Positions 36,932 through 39,685 of a stretch of 39,685 nt of DNA are shown here, one piece after another; position 1 is the first letter of the stretch; every line of letters starts with the position of its first letter. The notes beneath the pieces are model-generated. The model was given only the letters and a program-made list of their open reading frames with translations. It was not told the origin of the DNA and did no database searches. This stretch comes from a virus (Duplodnaviria; Caudoviricetes). Both the position numbers and the translations under genes were made by a program. The stretch spans positions 1 to 39,685 of IMG/VR virus record IMGVR_UViG_3300017912_000212. The stretch is one strand, 5' to 3'.

Positions 36932-37816
36932 ATGTTAGGTTTTACTACCCTATCAGAATCAGCTTTATCTGAAGTTGCACTTTCGTCAGAGTCTTCAGCT
37001 ACCTTAGAATCAGTTTCAGCTAGTATTTCTGCAGGTCAGTTATCTGAGACCGTAACAGCCAATAAAACAATTGCATCTGTTTCATCTACCTTTGGTTTAG
37101 GTATAGAGTTTGATGCTAAAGCTAATACCACACTGTCGTCAGTTTCAGCTATTTCAACAATAAATGGTTTTGCATCTGTTACATCTGAAGCAAGTCCTAC
37201 ACTTAGTGCTGCTACAGCTGTCTCTTCTGCAGGTACACTTTCACCAACGGCAATAGCTACTTTTACTATTGCAAGTATTTCTGGCTCTACTACAATAAAC
37301 AGTCTTTCTGATGTAGATGCTAAAGCAAACATTACACTAGGTGCTAACTCAATAAGCACAGGTGTCAATACTATATCAGTTACTGTTTCTGATGAAATAA
37401 CCTTATCATCTGCATCAAGTACTTCTTCTGTAAACTCTGTAACAACAATTGCCAAAACTAATACAACTGTTACACCTGTTACAACAGAAATTATTTTAAA
37501 TGATGTTTCTCCAAAAGCAATAGCTAATAAAACTATTTCAAGTGTTTCTGCTACTTTTGGTTTAGGTTTAGAATTTGATGCTAAGGCTAACACTACACTA
37601 AGCTCAGTATCAGCATCTACCTCTGTCGATTCATTGACAACAACAGCAGTTGTATTTGATTATAATCAATTTAAAGATAGCTACGATAGAGACAGGGTTA
37701 TATTTGTAGGTCAAACCTCACAAAGATTTACAGTATCCGTAGCAAACGATAGAGAAAATAGAACCGTGTTTATTGCACCACAAGATAGAAATAATACAAT
37801 ACGTATAGCAGCGTAA
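36932..37816 (+). CDS. Ser/Thr-rich repetitive virion protein (294 aa)
   Basis: AGGAGG SD; repeated ANKTI.SVS.TFGLG.EFDAKANTTLSSVSA. Confidence 0.8.
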   Translation: MLGFTTLSESALSEVALSSESSATLESVSASISAGQLSETVTANKTIASVSSTFGLGIEFDAKANTTLSSVSAISTINGFASVTSEASPTLSAATAVSSAGTLSPTAIATFTIASISGSTTINSLSDVDAKANITLGANSISTGVNTISVTVSDEITLSSASSTSSVNSVTTIAKTNTTVTPVTTEIILNDVSPKAIANKTISSVSATFGLGLEFDAKANTTLSSVSASTSVDSLTTTAVVFDYNQFKDSYDRDRVIFVGQTSQRFTVSVANDRENRTVFIAPQDRNNTIRIAA

Positions 37817-37827
37817 GGAAATTAATA

Positions 37828-38145
37828 ATGTCATATAAATGGCCTGACAAAGATAAAGATGAAGTAGTTGATTATAATATTGATTGGTCAAGATTTCTTG
37901 GCGATGATACTATTTCAAGTGTTACTTGGTTTATTGATGCTGCTGATGGCACTAAAACTGAAGTTTCTAATACCGATGTTGTAAATGGTTTGCAAAAAGT
38001 TAGTCAGACTAACACAACCACTGTCGCAACTATTAGATTAGGCTTAGGTACAAATAACACTAGATATAAAATTACTTGTAGAATTTTAACTGCAGAAAGT
38101 TTACAATACGAACGAGCAGTCTTTATAAGAATTAGGGAGAAGTAG
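37828..38145 (+). CDS. Virion protein (105 aa), KD.DE..DY.IDW family
   Basis: WPDKDKDEVVDYNIDWS motif. Confidence 0.75.
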   Translation: MSYKWPDKDKDEVVDYNIDWSRFLGDDTISSVTWFIDAADGTKTEVSNTDVVNGLQKVSQTNTTTVATIRLGLGTNNTRYKITCRILTAESLQYERAVFIRIREK

Positions 38146-38835
38146 ATGGCCTATAATTTTATTGGTCTTGTAAATGAAGTAAACAGACGACTCAATGAGG
38201 TTGAACTGACTTCTTCTAATTTTTCTACCGCTTCAGGATACTACAATTTAAGTAAAGATGCTGTTAATTCTTCTATAAGACATATTCATCAAGAAGAGTT
38301 TGAGTGGCCTTGGAATCACGTAGAAGAAACAGAAGTTCTTTTACCTGGTGAAGTTCGTTATAGTATGCCCTATGATGCTAAGACAGTGAATTTTAATACC
38401 TTTCGTATTAGACGTGACGACGACTTAGATGTAGAGACTAGAAAGTTAAAAATACTTTCGTATGAAGAGTATCTTGACAAACATGCAGATTTTGAATATA
38501 ACTCTAGCACTGGTATAAGAACAGTTCCTACGCATGTTACAAGAACTCCTAGCAGAGAAATTATATTTACACCTTCTCCAGATAAAGCTTATGAAATTAT
38601 CTATGAGTATTATACAGTCGGTGTGGATATGTCATTAGCTACAGATGTACCTGCTATTCCAGAAGAGTACAAACATATTGTTGTTGATGGCGCTATGTAT
38701 TATGTTTATATATTTAGAGGCGATACTCAGGCAGCACAGCTTTCACAACAAAAGTTTACTACGGGTATAAAATATATGAGAAGCCTCAACATTAACAGAA
38801 CAGAATATATTAGAGATACAAGAGTACACTATTAA
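38146..38835 (+). CDS. Head-tail adaptor / tail tubular protein A-like
   Basis: LVNEV.RRLNE, WPW, PSPDKAY, IPEEYKHIVVDGA. Confidence 0.75.
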   Translation: MAYNFIGLVNEVNRRLNEVELTSSNFSTASGYYNLSKDAVNSSIRHIHQEEFEWPWNHVEETEVLLPGEVRYSMPYDAKTVNFNTFRIRRDDDLDVETRKLKILSYEEYLDKHADFEYNSSTGIRTVPTHVTRTPSREIIFTPSPDKAYEIIYEYYTVGVDMSLATDVPAIPEEYKHIVVDGAMYYVYIFRGDTQAAQLSQQKFTTGIKYMRSLNINRTEYIRDTRVHY

Positions 38836-39685
38836 TGGCTACACAGTGGCAAACATTTCCTATTGAGTTTAGAGGTGGTTTAATCTCTAACCTTTCTGAG
38901 TTACAGCAGGGTACTAATGCTGTAGGCTCTGCTACTGTCTTACAAAACTTTGAAGTAAGTAAAGAAGGTGGTTACACAAAAATAAGGGGTTTTAGTAAGT
39001 ACAGCACTACAGAAGTTCCAGGTACTGGCCCTATACTAGCTTTAAAAGTTATTAGCTCTGGTCGTATTATTGCTGCAAGAAAAGTAGATGCTGCTGCTGT
39101 TACAGAAACTAATTCTACGGCTAATGTGAATGGTGCCGTAAGCTCATCAACCTCTGTAGCTGTAGACGGAAATTCAGGAACCATTGTTGTTGGAATGACT
39201 GTTAGTGGTACAGGGATATCTGGATCTCCAACAGTAGCTACTGTTACAGATCAGAATAATATAGTTTTATCATCTGCACAGACTTTAGCTGATAACACGA
39301 TATTAACTTTTAGTCATCTAGATAGTGTAGCAGATTTAAACAAAACAGCATACTATTATAGCACAGGCACAACTTGGAATTTTATAGCTAAAAGTGCCAG
39401 CACTAATGGTGGTAAAGCTAGGCATGTTTTGTACAATTTAGATGGTGACGATAAAGTTATCTTTGTAGATGGTACTAATTACCCTATGATCTATAACACA
39501 TCGGGTAATACGGGAACTTTTTTAACTGCTTCAGATAGTACAGATGTTTCTGAGGCAGAGCATATAGCAATATTTAAGAACACTGCATTTTATTCTCAAG
39601 GAAACGATTTATTTTTTTCTGCACCTTTTACTGTAGATGATTTTACCGCAGCTAATGGGGCAGGTTCTATTAACGTAGCAAATAA
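38835..39685 (+). CDS. Tail nozzle / tubular protein B-like (runs off the window edge)
   Basis: Not in the ORF track. TAATG coupling; MATQWQTFPIEFRGGL...LQNFE...GGY.KI.G; frame open to the end of the window. Confidence 0.75.
   Translation, partial: MATQWQTFPIEFRGGLISNLSELQQGTNAVGSATVLQNFEVSKEGGYTKIRGFSKYSTTEVPGTGPILALKVISSGRIIAARKVDAAAVTETNSTANVNGAVSSSTSVAVDGNSGTIVVGMTVSGTGISGSPTVATVTDQNNIVLSSAQTLADNTILTFSHLDSVADLNKTAYYYSTGTTWNFIAKSASTNGGKARHVLYNLDGDDKVIFVDGTNYPMIYNTSGNTGTFLTASDSTDVSEAEHIAIFKNTAFYSQGNDLFFSAPFTVDDFTAANGAGSINVAN

Larger units (their letters stand above)
1..39685. mobile_element. Bacteriophage genome segment (podovirus-like; cobavirus-like replication arm, HMO-2011-like morphogenesis arm)
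   Basis: Continuous phage gene content: PolA, primase-helicase, ThyX, TerL, portal, capsid, tail fibre, endolysin. No host housekeeping genes. The lineage resemblance is from memory of gene order. Confidence 0.95.

Noticed and set aside
38868-38882. FRGGL in the nozzle N-terminus as another GG tag
   Set aside because: An N-terminal F.GG motif is common in podovirus nozzle proteins, so it was not counted as evidence.
16485-39184. Antisense ORFs in the late arm (for example 16485-16910, 28877-29233, 34382-34834, 37036-37593, 38972-39184)
   Set aside because: Explained by codon bias of the sense genes; no independent signals.
1-39685. tRNA genes, introns, inteins or stop-codon reassignment
   Set aside because: No cloverleaf or T-loop consensus noticed; core genes are uninterrupted and of normal length in the standard code.

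Overview
The whole window is a tailed dsDNA bacteriophage (podovirus-type) genome segment, most likely infecting a marine alphaproteobacterium (Roseobacter-like; inferred from gene content, not proven). It has two divergent arms. The minus-strand arm (1-10124) holds early and replication genes: an IS3-like HTH protein, DenV-type glycosylase, a Cys-rich protein, an M28 peptidase, a tyrosine recombinase, ThyX, a primase-helicase, a family A DNA polymerase and a probable SSB. A repeat-rich non-coding region of about 1.4 kb (10125-11586) is the likely terminus, origin or packaging region. The plus-strand arm holds lysis genes, a cluster of very basic small proteins, a DUF1127 gene, terminase, portal, a 1416-aa internal protein with a probable C-terminal ADP-ribosyltransferase, scaffold, major capsid, tail fibre and adhesin genes, and tail adaptor/nozzle. 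No RNA polymerase, tRNA, rRNA or CRISPR array is seen. The main unexplained signals are: (1) a recurring aromatic/M-x-x-GG-hydrophobic peptide tag shared by five late proteins, which appears to delimit modules in the 1416-aa protein; (2) two related promoter-proximal palindromes bracketing the early region; (3) pseudoknot-rich early intergenic RNA; (4) a DUF1127 gene with an SD-sequestering hairpin. All family assignments come from motif recognition by eye; no searches were run.
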